A program made the position numbers and the translations under genes. From assembly GCA_944362765.1 (NCBI GenBank), contig CALVTP010000005.1, positions 3,649-67,648 on the forward strand: a stretch of DNA of 64,000 bases, written 5' to 3'. The notes under the pieces were generated by a model that saw nothing but the letters and a program-made list of their open reading frames with translations, was not told where the DNA came from and made no database searches. This DNA comes from an uncultured Clostridia bacterium. Its GTDB lineage: Bacteria > Bacillota > Clostridia > Christensenellales > DTU072. Shown here in pieces: positions 1-12,577 of this stretch. Each line of letters starts with the position of its first letter. Position 1 is the stretch's first letter.

Positions 1-3076
<3,076 letters not shown>

Positions 3077-3089
3077 AGGAGGACTAGTG

Positions 3090-6000
3090 ATGATAGAAAT
3101 CAACAGCTTTGACGCAATGCAGATTTCTTTGGCGTCTCCCGACAAGATCAGGGAATGGTCTCACGGCGAAGTTACCAAACCCGAAACGATAAATTATAGA
3201 ACGCAAAAACCGGAGAAGGACGGACTTTTCTGCGAAAAAATATTCGGACCCACCAAGGACTACGAGTGCCATTGCGGTAAGTACAAGCGCATTCGTTATA
3301 AAGGTATCGTCTGCGACAAGTGCGGCGTGGAAGTTACCAAATCCAAGGTGAGAAGGGAGAGAATGGGACACATCGAGCTTGCCTCGCCCGTCGCGCATAT
3401 CTGGTATTTCCGCGGCGTCCCGAGCCGTATCAGCACCATTCTCGATATGCCTCCGAAAGAGGTTGAACAGGTCATCTATTACGCCGCTTTCGTCGTATTG
3501 GATCCCGGTCCCACCTCCTTTAAATTCAAACAGGTCATAAAGGACGAAGATTACCGCGCCGCCGTCGAGGAATTCGGCGCGAACTCCTTCAAAGTAGGCA
3601 TGGGCGCCGAGGCTTTCAAGATCCTTTTAAGGGAAATCGATCTGGATCGGGAGGCGGAGGCGCTGAAAAACATCGTCAAAACTTCCACCGGGCAAAAGCA
3701 GTTGAAGGCTTCCAAGAGATTGGACATCGTCGAGGCGTTCAGAACCTCCGGTAACCGTCCCGAGTGGATGGTGCTGGACGTGCTTCCCGTCATTCCTCCG
3801 GACATCAGACCTATGGTGCAGCTGGACGGCGGCAGGTTTGCTACTTCCGACCTGAACGACCTTTACAGAAGGGTCATCAACCGCAACAACCGCTTAAAAA
3901 AGATGATGGAATCGGGAGCGCCCGATATCGTCGTCAGAAACGAAAAACGTATGCTGCAGGAGGCGGTCGACGCCCTTATCGATAACGGTAAGCACGGCAA
4001 GGCGGTAACCGGACCCGGCAACCGTCCGCTGAAATCGCTTTCGGACATGCTTCGCGGCAAACAGGGCAGATTCCGTCAGAACCTCCTCGGAAAGCGCGTG
4101 GATTACTCCGGGCGTTCCGTCATCGTCGTAGGACCGGAACTGAAGCTCTATCAATGCGGTCTTCCGAAGGAAATGGCGCTGGAGCTTTTCAAGCCTTTCG
4201 TGTTCAGAAAGCTTGTCGAACTCGGTATCTCCCAAAACATCAAGAGCGCCAAGCGCGCCGTCGAACGCGTCAAGCCGCAAGTCTGGGACATTCTTGAGGA
4301 CGTCATCAAAGATCACCCGGTTTTGTTGAACAGGGCTCCCACTTTGCACCGTTTGGGTATCCAAGCTTTCGAACCCGTGCTGGTCGAAGGAAGGGCGATA
4401 AAGCTTCATCCGCTGGTATGTTCGGCGTTCAACGCCGACTTCGACGGCGACCAGATGCCGGTACACGTGCCGCTTTCGATAGCCGCTCAGGTGGAAGCAA
4501 GATTTTTGATGCTGTCGACGAACAACATTCTGAAACTTTCCGACGGTAAACCTATCGTCTCCCCGACGCAGGACATGGTCATCGGCTCCTACTACCTTAC
4601 TCAGGAGAAGCCGGGTGCAAAGGGCGAAGGCAGGTACTTCACTTCCGCCGACGAGGCGAAGATGGCGTATCAGGTCGGCGACATCGACTTGCAGGCGAGG
4701 ATCAACGTCCGCGTCAAGAAGGAAATAGACGGCATGGTCTATAAAGAGGTCGTTCCTATAACCACCGGCAAAATTATATTCAACGAGGCTATTCCGCAAA
4801 CTCTCGGGTTTGTCGAGAGGAAGGAGCCCCGCGACATGCTGAAATTCGAGATAGACTTCCTTGTCGGCAAGAAGCAGTTGTCTCAAATAGTGGAACGCTG
4901 CTTCAAGCAGCAGGGCGCTACAGCCGTAGCCGAGGTTCTGGATAAGATAAAGGCGCTCGGTTTCAAGTACTCCACGCTCGGAGCCATTACCACTTCGGTG
5001 TTCGACATGCAGATCCCGGGCGACAAGAAAGCCATTCTGGACGAAGCCGAAAACCAGGTTCTGCAAATCGAAAAGAACTACAAGCGCGGCTTGGTCACCG
5101 AGGAAGAGCGCTACGCCGAAACCGTCAAGGTGTGGGAGAAAGCCACCAACGACGTCGCTAAAAACCTCGAGGACAACTTCCGAAACTTCGATAAATTCAA
5201 TCCCATCTGGATGATGGCGGATTCCGGGGCGCGCGGCTCGATGCAGCAAATCAAGCAGCTTTCGGGTATGCGCGGACTGATGAGCGATCCTAACGGTAAG
5301 GTCATCGAAATCCCTGTCAAGTCCTCCTTCCGCGAAGGGTTGTCGGTTCTGGAGTACTTCATCAGCTCCCACGGCGCCAGAAAGGGCGGCGCGGACACGG
5401 CGTTGAAGACAGCCGACTCCGGTTATCTGACCCGTCGTCTGGTCGACGTCGCTCACGACGTCATCGTCAAGGAAGACGACTGCGGCGACACCAGAGGCTT
5501 CGAGGTCAAGGCTTTGAAAGACTCCGCGGGCGCCGTCATCGAACCGCTGAAAGAAAGAATTGCGGGCAGATTCTCCATAAACGCCATCGTCGATCCCTCC
5601 ACCGGTGAAGAGCTGGTGGCGGCGGATACGCTTATCTCCGAAGACGACGCCGAACGCATCGAAAAGGCAGGCATCGAATCGGTGAGGATAAGGTCAGTGC
5701 TGACCTGCAAAGCCAAGTCCGGTATCTGCGCCAAGTGCTACGGTGCGAATATGTCCAGCTGGAACAAGGTCAAAGTCGGCGAAGCCGTCGGTATCATCGC
5801 GGCTCAGTCGATAGGCGAACCCGGAACGCAGCTGACGATGCGTACCTTCCACACCGGCGGTATCGCGACGAACACCGACATCACGCAAGGTCTTCCGAGA
5901 GTGGAGGAACTGTTCGAAGCGCGCGACCCGAAAGGTAAGGCAACGGTTGCAAGCATCACCGGCGACGTGACCGTCGAACCCACCGCCAACAACTCGATGA

Positions 6001-6737
6001 ACGTCGTCAAGATCGAAAACGCGGGACAGGGACTCTATGCCGAGTTCAAGATCCCCGCTACGGCAAAACTTCTCGTCAAGACGGGCGACCACGTCGAAGC
6101 GGGCGACCCGTTGATGGTGGGCAGCATCTATCCGCAGGACACTTTGCGCACCAAGGGCGTGCAGGGCGTTCAGGAGTCGATGATCCGCGAAGTGCAGTCG
6201 GCTTACCGTTCCAACGGCGTCAATATCCAGGATAAGCACATCGAAGTCATCGTGCGTCAGATGCTGAGGAAGGTAAGGATCATAGAACCGAACGACACCA
6301 ACTTCCTTTTGAACGAAGTCGTGGATCTTCACAAGATGGAAGAAGAGAACGAGCGCGTCCTGGAAGCGGGCGGCATTCCCGCCTCGGCAAAGAGGATATT
6401 GCTCGGTATTACCAAATCCTCTCTCGCGACGGAATCTTTCCTGTCGGCAGCTTCCTTCCAGGAGACGACGAGGGTATTGGTCGATGCCGCCATCAGAAGC
6501 AAGACCGATCACTTCACCGGTCTGAAGGAAAACGTCATTATCGGCAAACTCATTCCCGCCGGTACCGGCATGAAGATTTACAGGAATGTCAACCTGGAGT
6601 CGGCGGACGATTCTCTTCAAAAACAACCCGCCGAAGTCGAGCAGCCGCTCTTCATCGACGACTATGACGATTCCGATATCCTTTCGGACGACAGCACGGT
6701 TGCGGGCGAATCTTCCGAACCCGCAGGGAATGTTTAA
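3090..6737 (+). CDS. rpoC: DNA-directed RNA polymerase subunit beta'
   Basis: Zn-finger [23 protein letters not shown] and catalytic NADFDGDQM. Start moved from ORF-track 3033 to ATG 3090, 6 nt after AAGGAGG (3077-3083). The 3033 start would overlap rpoB. Confidence 0.97.
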   Translation: MIEINSFDAMQISLASPDKIREWSHGEVTKPETINYRTQKPEKDGLFCEKIFGPTKDYECHCGKYKRIRYKGIVCDKCGVEVTKSKVRRERMGHIELASPVAHIWYFRGVPSRISTILDMPPKEVEQVIYYAAFVVLDPGPTSFKFKQVIKDEDYRAAVEEFGANSFKVGMGAEAFKILLREIDLDREAEALKNIVKTSTGQKQLKASKRLDIVEAFRTSGNRPEWMVLDVLPVIPPDIRPMVQLDGGRFATSDLNDLYRRVINRNNRLKKMMESGAPDIVVRNEKRMLQEAVDALIDNGKHGKAVTGPGNRPLKSLSDMLRGKQGRFRQNLLGKRVDYSGRSVIVVGPELKLYQCGLPKEMALELFKPFVFRKLVELGISQNIKSAKRAVERVKPQVWDILEDVIKDHPVLLNRAPTLHRLGIQAFEPVLVEGRAIKLHPLVCSAFNADFDGDQMPVHVPLSIAAQVEARFLMLSTNNILKLSDGKPIVSPTQDMVIGSYYLTQEKPGAKGEGRYFTSADEAKMAYQVGDIDLQARINVRVKKEIDGMVYKEVVPITTGKIIFNEAIPQTLGFVERKEPRDMLKFEIDFLVGKKQLSQIVERCFKQQGATAVAEVLDKIKALGFKYSTLGAITTSVFDMQIPGDKKAILDEAENQVLQIEKNYKRGLVTEEERYAETVKVWEKATNDVAKNLEDNFRNFDKFNPIWMMADSGARGSMQQIKQLSGMRGLMSDPNGKVIEIPVKSSFREGLSVLEYFISSHGARKGGADTALKTADSGYLTRRLVDVAHDVIVKEDDCGDTRGFEVKALKDSAGAVIEPLKERIAGRFSINAIVDPSTGEELVAADTLISEDDAERIEKAGIESVRIRSVLTCKAKSGICAKCYGANMSSWNKVKVGEAVGIIAAQSIGEPGTQLTMRTFHTGGIATNTDITQGLPRVEELFEARDPKGKATVASITGDVTVEPTANNSMNVVKIENAGQGLYAEFKIPATAKLLVKTGDHVEAGDPLMVGSIYPQDTLRTKGVQGVQESMIREVQSAYRSNGVNIQDKHIEVIVRQMLRKVRIIEPNDTNFLLNEVVDLHKMEEENERVLEAGGIPASAKRILLGITKSSLATESFLSAASFQETTRVLVDAAIRSKTDHFTGLKENVIIGKLIPAGTGMKIYRNVNLESADDSLQKQPAEVEQPLFIDDYDDSDILSDDSTVAGESSEPAGNV

Positions 6738-6782
6738 CGAAGCTTCCGAACAGACGGAGCAATAATTAAAACACCGAATACA

Positions 6783-6810
6783 GGCTCCCGAAATCACATT
6801 TTCGGGAGCC
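6783..6810 (+). terminator. 11-bp-stem hairpin between rpoC and metK (weak terminator or processing hairpin)
   Basis: GGCTCCCGAAA-tcacat-TTTCGGGAGCC is a perfect stem. It is followed by gtatatt, which is only a weak U-run. Confidence 0.5.
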
Positions 6811-6835
6811 GTATATTCAAAAAGAAGGTAACATA

Positions 6836-8023
6836 ATGAAAAGATTATTTACATCTGAATCGGTCACCGAAGGGCATCCCGACAAGGTGGCGGACAGAAT
6901 ATCCGATTCCGTGTTGGACGCGATGATTTCGTTGGATCCCGATTGTAGAGTGGCTTGCGAGACGACCGTGACGACGGGTATGGTCAACGTGATGGGGGAG
7001 ATAACTCTCCATTCCGGTTACGCAGACATTCCTAAAATCGTGCGCGACGCCGTCAGGGACATCGGCTATACCGACCCCGAACTCGGCTTCGATTACAGAA
7101 GTCTCGCCATAAATATTGCGATAAACGAACAATCTCCCGACATTGCAATGGGCGTTGACAAAAGCTTGGAGGCGAAGACGGGGGAAGGGGACGACTACGA
7201 CCTTGTCGGTGCGGGCGACCAGGGTATGATGTTCGGGTACGCCACCGACGAAACGGAAGAGTGCATGCCTCTTCCGCTTTCGCTTTCACATAAGCTCTGC
7301 AAAAAGCTTGCCGAAGTCAGAAAGAGCGGGGTGTTAAACTATCTCCGTCCCGACGGCAAGGCGCAGGTCAGCGTCGAGTATGACGACGCGAAACCCGTGA
7401 GAGTGGAAGCGGTGGTGGTTTCCGCCCAGCACTCCCCCGACGTCGATATCGAAGTTCTGAGGAAGGACATAAAGCGGGAAGTCATCGATAAAGTCATTCC
7501 GGGAGCGCTTGTCGACGACAAGACGAAATACTACATAAACCCCACCGGAAGGTTTGTGACGGGCGGTCCGCACGGCGATTCCGGCTTGACGGGTCGGAAA
7601 ATCATTGTCGACACCTACGGCGGAGCAGCGGGGCACGGCGGCGGCTGTTTTTCGGGGAAAGATCCCACCAAGGTCGACCGTTCTGCCAGCTATTATGCCC
7701 GTTACGTCGCAAAAAACGTCGTTCGGGCGGGACTTGCGAAGCGGCTGGAGATACAGGTGGCTTACGCGATAGGAGTGGCGCGTCCCGTTTCCGTTTCCGT
7801 CAACAGCTTCGGCACGGGGAAAATTTCCGACGAGCGCATACTGAAACTTATAGAAGCGTATTTTGATTTCCGCCCGAAGGCGATCATCGAGTCGCTCGCG
7901 TTAAGACGTCCCATTTACGCCTCAACTTCGGCGTACGGTCACTTCGGAAATCCCGATTTTCCGTGGGAAAAAACAGACAAATCGGAAGTGCTTAAAAAAG
8001 CCGTCGAAGAGGGTAAATTTTAA
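6836..8023 (+). CDS. metK: S-adenosylmethionine synthetase
   Basis: [24 protein letters not shown] and [16 protein letters not shown] motifs. 395 aa. Confidence 0.97.
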   Translation: MKRLFTSESVTEGHPDKVADRISDSVLDAMISLDPDCRVACETTVTTGMVNVMGEITLHSGYADIPKIVRDAVRDIGYTDPELGFDYRSLAINIAINEQSPDIAMGVDKSLEAKTGEGDDYDLVGAGDQGMMFGYATDETEECMPLPLSLSHKLCKKLAEVRKSGVLNYLRPDGKAQVSVEYDDAKPVRVEAVVVSAQHSPDVDIEVLRKDIKREVIDKVIPGALVDDKTKYYINPTGRFVTGGPHGDSGLTGRKIIVDTYGGAAGHGGGCFSGKDPTKVDRSASYYARYVAKNVVRAGLAKRLEIQVAYAIGVARPVSVSVNSFGTGKISDERILKLIEAYFDFRPKAIIESLALRRPIYASTSAYGHFGNPDFPWEKTDKSEVLKKAVEEGKF

Positions 8024-8063
8024 CCGCATCCCGACGGGATCCGAAAGCCTCCGATATTAAAAA

Positions 8064-8090
8064 GTTCGCCACAGGGGGCGGACTTTTTTT
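8064..8090 (+). terminator. Rho-independent terminator after metK
   Basis: GTTCGCC-acaggg-GGCGGAC (one G-U pair) followed by TTTTTTT. Confidence 0.75.
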
Positions 8091-8213
8091 GTAAAAAGCC
8101 GTCGACGGAGAGGTCGCGCGGGCGGTACGCAGGCGGTAGAAAAAGGCTAAAATTTTCATAGACTTTTCGGCGTTAGAAGGGGAATTTTTGACGAAAAACG
8201 AAAAAAATGGCTA

Positions 8214-8242
8214 TTGACAGTTATCGCTTTTCATGTTATGCT
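8214..8242 (+). promoter_or_regulatory. Sigma-A-type promoter for the 8295 ORF
   Basis: TTGACA (8214-8219), 17-nt spacer, TGtTATGCT extended -10 (hexamer 8237-8242). Flanked by the 8-bp inverted repeat ATTGACAG (8213-8220) / CTGTCAAT (8241-8248). Confidence 0.6.
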
Positions 8243-8294
8243 GTCAATGAGGTCACATCCCGACCCCTTAAAAATTCACTAAGGAGGAGTCGAC

Positions 8295-8663
8295 ATGACG
8301 AAACTCGTTATCAGCGGAACCGCTAAAACTTACGCTGAAAAGCTGGCGGCGCTTACGCCCGAAAAAGCGGCACAGGTAGAAGCCATCAAGGCAGCGCTTC
8401 TTCAAAAGGACAAGAAGGTGCATGAGCGTATCAGCAAAAAGTGCGCTACCTACAACCTTGGAAGAAAGGCGCTTGCCAAGATAAGCATCATCGGTCAGAT
8501 GGTCAGGCTGCATCTTGCCCTCGACCCGGCAGCCGAGGAATTCCAAAAGTATCCGTTGAAGGATCTTTCGGACAAGACCAGCTACAAAGACGTTCCCGCG
8601 ATGCTGCGTATCACTTCCGATCTGGCGCTCCGCCGCGCGATAAAGCTCATCGAGGCGTTATAA
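8295..8663 (+). CDS. Hypothetical 122-aa protein, no family recognised
   Basis: Strong SD (AAGGAGG 8281-8287) with its own promoter and terminator. Lys/Ala-rich N-terminal half. Coding status inferred from signals only. Confidence 0.75.
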   Translation: MTKLVISGTAKTYAEKLAALTPEKAAQVEAIKAALLQKDKKVHERISKKCATYNLGRKALAKISIIGQMVRLHLALDPAAEEFQKYPLKDLSDKTSYKDVPAMLRITSDLALRRAIKLIEAL

Positions 8664-8670
8664 TTACGGT

Positions 8671-8695
8671 ATCGGCGTTTCGGCGCCGATTTTTT
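8671..8695 (+). terminator. Rho-independent terminator after the 8295 ORF
   Basis: ATCGGCG-tttcgg-CGCCGAT followed by TTTTT. Confidence 0.75.
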
Positions 8696-8882
8696 GATTT
8701 AAAATCGTCAAAAAACTTTCCGCACGGGAAAGTCCGTTCATTTGTGTGCAAGCCGCGGGCTCCGCGGGCGGTTGTCGCATGAATACAACAGGCAGAGTAT
8801 CCCGGGGAATGTACCTTTTGCGGTGCCGATAATTGACTCCGCCAATATATTTTTGCGGCACGCTTCGATAATTCGGGACATT

Positions 8883-8921
8883 AAAAAAACCCCTCGACGG
8901 ACTCCGGAAGAGGGGTTTTTG
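8883..8921. terminator. Bidirectional intrinsic terminator in intergenic DNA
   Basis: AAAAAAA-CCCCTC-gacggactccggaa-GAGGGG-TTTTT. An A-run precedes and a T-run follows, so it can act on either strand. Confidence 0.7.
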
Positions 8922-8989
8922 CTTGTTAGTCCGCGATTTAATCGGGACGCTGTCGCTTTTCGGCGTTTTCGTGCATTGATATATCGGAT

Positions 8990-9131
8990 TTTGTCGGAGT
9001 TTGTCGCTTCCGGGCGTGCGCTTTCTGAATTCGTCGTAGTTTGTCGTTTCCAGACGCGCGCTTTCTGAATTTGTCGGAGCTTGTCGCTTCCGGGCGTACG
9101 CTTTCTGAATTTGTCGGAAGCTTGTCGTTTT
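8990..9131. repeat. Tandem direct repeat, 40-bp unit x 3.5
   Basis: Units at 8990, 9030, 9070 and a partial unit at 9110. Unit 1 vs 3 is 38/40 identical and unit 1 vs 2 is 34/40. Consensus TTTGTCGGAGyTTGTCGCTTCCGGGCGTrCGCTTTCTGAA. No spacers, so not CRISPR. Confidence 0.9.
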
Positions 9132-9192
9132 ATGCCCAATCCGCTTTTTAATGCGCCTACATTCATAAAGCGCCGAATCGCCCTCCGCGCTA

Positions 9193-9221
9193 TTGCAATT
9201 TTCCCCGGAATATGAGAAAAT
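9193..9221 (+). promoter_or_regulatory. Candidate promoter of the U32 operon, predicting a leaderless mRNA
   Basis: TTGCAA (9193-9198), 17-nt spacer, TGaGAAAAT (hexamer 9216-9221), then 6 nt, then ATG 9228. No SD upstream of the ATG. Confidence 0.45.
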
Positions 9222-9227
9222 AAAGAT

Positions 9228-10415
9228 ATGAAACCCGAACTTTTGGCGCCCGCGGGGAGCCCGGAAAAATTGAAAGTCGCATTTTTGTACGGAGCCGACG
9301 CCGTCTATGTAGGCGGGAAGAGGCTGTCATTAAGGCAATATGCCGAAAATTTCGATGACGAAGAGCTGGAAGAGGGCGTAACGTACGCCCATAAGCTCGG
9401 GAAAAAGGTGTATGTCGCCGTCAACATCTTTCCGAAAAACGACGACTTTCCGGAGGCGGAAAACTACCTCGGATTCCTGAATGAAATTTCCGCGGACGCC
9501 GTTCTGATAACCGACCCCGGGCTTATTGCGCTTGCAAAGCGGGTGGCGCCGAAGCTCGATATCCATCTCAGCACGCAAGCCAACACCCTCAACAAATACG
9601 CGGTGCGTTTTTGGGCGGAACAGGGCGTGAAGAGGGTGGTGCTGGCACGTGAACTCGGCATAAAGGAGATAGCGGAAATCGCCGGCTTCAACCCGGGGGT
9701 GGAGCTTGAGTGCTTCGTACACGGCGCGATGTGCGTCAGCTATTCGGGGCGCTGTCTTTTAAGCAACTACCTTTCGGAGCGGAACGCCAACCGCGGTGAG
9801 TGCGTTCAGGCATGCCGATGGAGATACAATCTCACCGCCTTCGGCAGGGAAGGGGAGCAATTGGAGCTTACCGAAGACAGCCGCGGCGCTTACATATTGA
9901 ACTCCAAGGATTTAAATCTTCTGGCGGAGCTCGGGGCGCTGAAAGACGCGGGAGTGAGCTCTTTCAAAATAGAAGGCAGGATGAAGACGATGTACTACCT
10001 TGCCACCGTAGTAAACGCATACAGGAGGGCAATGGACGGCGGGGAGAAGGAGATTTCGGAGGCGGAACTCACAAAAATCAACCACCGCGCTTACACGAAG
10101 GCTTTTTTCTACGGAGAGAACGCCGGGACTTTGAACTACGACGAAGGTCAGCAGCAGGGTGAGTACGAATTTACCGCGCTGGTTTCAGACTGCATTAACG
10201 GCGAGGCTCTGATAGAAATGCGCAACCGGTTCGGGACGGGAGACGAACTCGAAGTGCTCTCCCCCGGGGAGTCCTTCCTCAAAAAACTCACCGTAACCGA
10301 GCTTTACGACGAGGAGGGAGCGCCCGTCACCGACGCCAGACTCGTACAGCAGCGGCTCAGACTGAAAGTGCCGTTCAAACTCGCTCCGGGCGATATTCTG
10401 AGGAAGAAATGTTAG
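9228..10415 (+). CDS. Peptidase U32 family protein (TrhP/YrrO-like Fe-S enzyme family)
   Basis: N-terminal ELLAPAGS, KIEGRMK, and Cys cluster CFVHGAMCVSYSGRC...NRGECVQACR typical of U32 proteins. Confidence 0.9.
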   Translation: MKPELLAPAGSPEKLKVAFLYGADAVYVGGKRLSLRQYAENFDDEELEEGVTYAHKLGKKVYVAVNIFPKNDDFPEAENYLGFLNEISADAVLITDPGLIALAKRVAPKLDIHLSTQANTLNKYAVRFWAEQGVKRVVLARELGIKEIAEIAGFNPGVELECFVHGAMCVSYSGRCLLSNYLSERNANRGECVQACRWRYNLTAFGREGEQLELTEDSRGAYILNSKDLNLLAELGALKDAGVSSFKIEGRMKTMYYLATVVNAYRRAMDGGEKEISEAELTKINHRAYTKAFFYGENAGTLNYDEGQQQGEYEFTALVSDCINGEALIEMRNRFGTGDELEVLSPGESFLKKLTVTELYDEEGAPVTDARLVQQRLRLKVPFKLAPGDILRKKC

Positions 10416-12577
10416 AGCTTTTGGCGCCCGCGGGCGGAAAAGAGCATTTTTTGGCGGCGGTCAACGCCGGAGCCGACGCCGTTTATTTCGGGCTTAAACG
10501 CTTTTCGGCGCGCTCTTCGGCGGAAAATTTCGAGCTTGAAGAGCTGGCGTACTATCTTAACTACGCCAAAACCTTCGGAGTAAAAACTTATGCCGCGATG
10601 AACACCCTCGTCAAGGACGACGAGCGGGAAGAATTCCTGCGTACCGTCATCGATCTGTACAAAGAGGGCGTCGACGGCATCATCATGCAGGACATTTTTT
10701 TGGGAAAGCGGATAAAGGACGCCCTTCCCGGGATACGTCTCCACCTCTCCACTCAGGGCGGGGCGGCGAATGCATACGCCGCAATGACGGCGAAGGAGTA
10801 CGGCTTTTCGCGCGTTGTCGCGGCGCGGGAGACGGCTTTGGAGGACATCGGGGAGATGGCACAAATCCTCGAGGTCGAATGCTTTGCGCAAGGGGCGCTC
10901 TGCACGGCGTTTTCGGGGGAGTGTTATGCTTCGGCGTTCATCGGCGGCAACTCCGCCAACCGCGGGCGGTGCAAACAGCCTTGCAGAATGAAGTATTCCC
11001 TGAACGGTTTAAAAGCCGACTATGCCATCTGCTTAAAGGATCTGTCGCTCGGAACGGACATATTCAAATTACAGCGGGCGGGAGTCGCGGCAATCAAAAT
11101 CGAAGGCAGGATGCGCCGCGCGGAGTATGTCTCGGCAGCTGTGGGATATTATAAAAAGTTACTCGCCGGAAGCCCCGCCGACGAGGAGTTTTCGGCGCTG
11201 AAACGAAGCTACAACCGCGGCGACTACACAAAGGGAGTCCCTAATGAAAAATGCGTGCTTTCCAAAAAAACGCAGGGGCATATCGGCGAGGCGATAGGCT
11301 TTGTAAAAAGCGTTTTAGGCAACCGAATTCTGGTAAAAAGTAGCCTGAAACCCGAAGTCGGTGACGCGTTCAAGATTCTCAGAGCAGGAGAGGAGCGCGG
11401 CAGCGCATATATAAAAAGCGTCGAAGGACTGCCTTCGGGATTTATAGCCGAGTATCGCGGGAACGTCTTAAAAGGCGACGAAGTGAGGATAACCACCGAC
11501 GTCGCTCTGAACAGGCGTTTACTTCTGAGGCGCCGTCTTCCCGTCACGGTGCGCCTTTCGGCAAAGGCGGGAGAGAGGCTTAGTGCCGTAATAGAGGGGG
11601 GAGGAAGGAAGGTTTCCCTTTTCGGGGAAGTCTCCCCGTTTGCAGAGCGCCGTCCGGTAACCCCCGCCGAGTTCGTAGAAGTTTTTTTAAAGACCGATAA
11701 ATTCCCCTTTGCTCCCGAAGTCGAGGTTGAAAGCGACGGCGTATTTATCCCGAAAAGCACGCTGAACGACTTCCGACGTCGGCTTTACGCCGCATTTTTC
11801 GAGAGTATGAGGGAAAGGCGCGACCCGAAAAATGTCGACATTTCGGGGATTTTGTCTCCCGCCGCAGCAGTGGAAGGGCGCGGAGAGGCATATATCCTTG
11901 CGAAGGTGCCCGAGCGCGCGGGTTTGACGGTCATATTGGCGCCCGACGACTATTTCGGCGCCGAAACAGAAAAATTTTCGCGCTATGACGGCGAAAGATA
12001 CCTCTATCTCCTCCCCGAATTTTCGAAAAGGGAACTCGACTCCCTGGAAGGCGCGGCAAAAAAGATCGGCGGTATTTATGCCGAAAATATATCGGGAATA
12101 ACGCTTTCACGGAAGTGGGGAGTGCGCCTCTTCCTCGGAACGGGCATGAATATTTTCAACTCGACTTCGGCGGCGGAGGCTCGTAAGACAGCGGACAGGC
12201 TGGCGCCTTCAAAGGAGCTTAAAAGGTCGGAAGCGGCGTTCGGAGGCGCATACTTTACCCGCGGCAATATCAAATTGATGGACATCGTCTATTGCCCGTA
12301 CGGCGGGGAGTGCCGGAACTGTCCCGGGCGCGACAGGGGCACTCTCACCGACGAGGGCGGAAGGGAGTTCGTGCTGAGGCGGATAAGGGCGGGACGCTGC
12401 CTTTTCGAAGTCTATAATTGCGCCGACCTCTGTATAGAAGGCGACATGCCGGAAAAGTTATACAACTTTGTGCTTTACGACGAAAAAACTGCGGAAAAGC
12501 TGTCAAAATGCGACAAAACTGAGTATCGTAAAATCGCTCCCGTCACGGCGGGGCTCGACAAGCGAGGTGTGGAATGA
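10409..12577 (+). CDS. Long peptidase U32 family protein (RlhA/YdcP-like architecture, about 400-aa C-terminal extension)
   Basis: ELLAPAGG, CFAQGALCTAFSGEC...NRGRCKQPCR, KIEGRMR. C-terminal Cys-rich CPYGGECRNCPG. Start overlaps the upstream stop by 7 nt, with SD GAGGAAG. Confidence 0.9.
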   Translation: MLELLAPAGGKEHFLAAVNAGADAVYFGLKRFSARSSAENFELEELAYYLNYAKTFGVKTYAAMNTLVKDDEREEFLRTVIDLYKEGVDGIIMQDIFLGKRIKDALPGIRLHLSTQGGAANAYAAMTAKEYGFSRVVAARETALEDIGEMAQILEVECFAQGALCTAFSGECYASAFIGGNSANRGRCKQPCRMKYSLNGLKADYAICLKDLSLGTDIFKLQRAGVAAIKIEGRMRRAEYVSAAVGYYKKLLAGSPADEEFSALKRSYNRGDYTKGVPNEKCVLSKKTQGHIGEAIGFVKSVLGNRILVKSSLKPEVGDAFKILRAGEERGSAYIKSVEGLPSGFIAEYRGNVLKGDEVRITTDVALNRRLLLRRRLPVTVRLSAKAGERLSAVIEGGGRKVSLFGEVSPFAERRPVTPAEFVEVFLKTDKFPFAPEVEVESDGVFIPKSTLNDFRRRLYAAFFESMRERRDPKNVDISGILSPAAAVEGRGEAYILAKVPERAGLTVILAPDDYFGAETEKFSRYDGERYLYLLPEFSKRELDSLEGAAKKIGGIYAENISGITLSRKWGVRLFLGTGMNIFNSTSAAEARKTADRLAPSKELKRSEAAFGGAYFTRGNIKLMDIVYCPYGGECRNCPGRDRGTLTDEGGREFVLRRIRAGRCLFEVYNCADLCIEGDMPEKLYNFVLYDEKTAEKLSKCDKTEYRKIAPVTAGLDKRGVE

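Noticed and set aside
6738-6835. SAM riboswitch upstream of metK
   Set aside because: Only 98 nt separate rpoC and metK, and most of that is one simple hairpin. There is no four-way-junction-sized element.
8990-9131. Tandem repeat considered as a CRISPR array
   Set aside because: The units are directly abutting with no unique spacers. There are only 3.5 copies, no cas genes and no leader. It is a plain tandem repeat.
8738-9166. ORFs 8738..9166 (minus) and 8742..9068 (plus) spanning the repeat region
   Set aside because: The 40-bp period is not divisible by 3, so the repeats are not read consistently. There is no SD, both ORFs cross a bidirectional terminator, and their composition is low-complexity.
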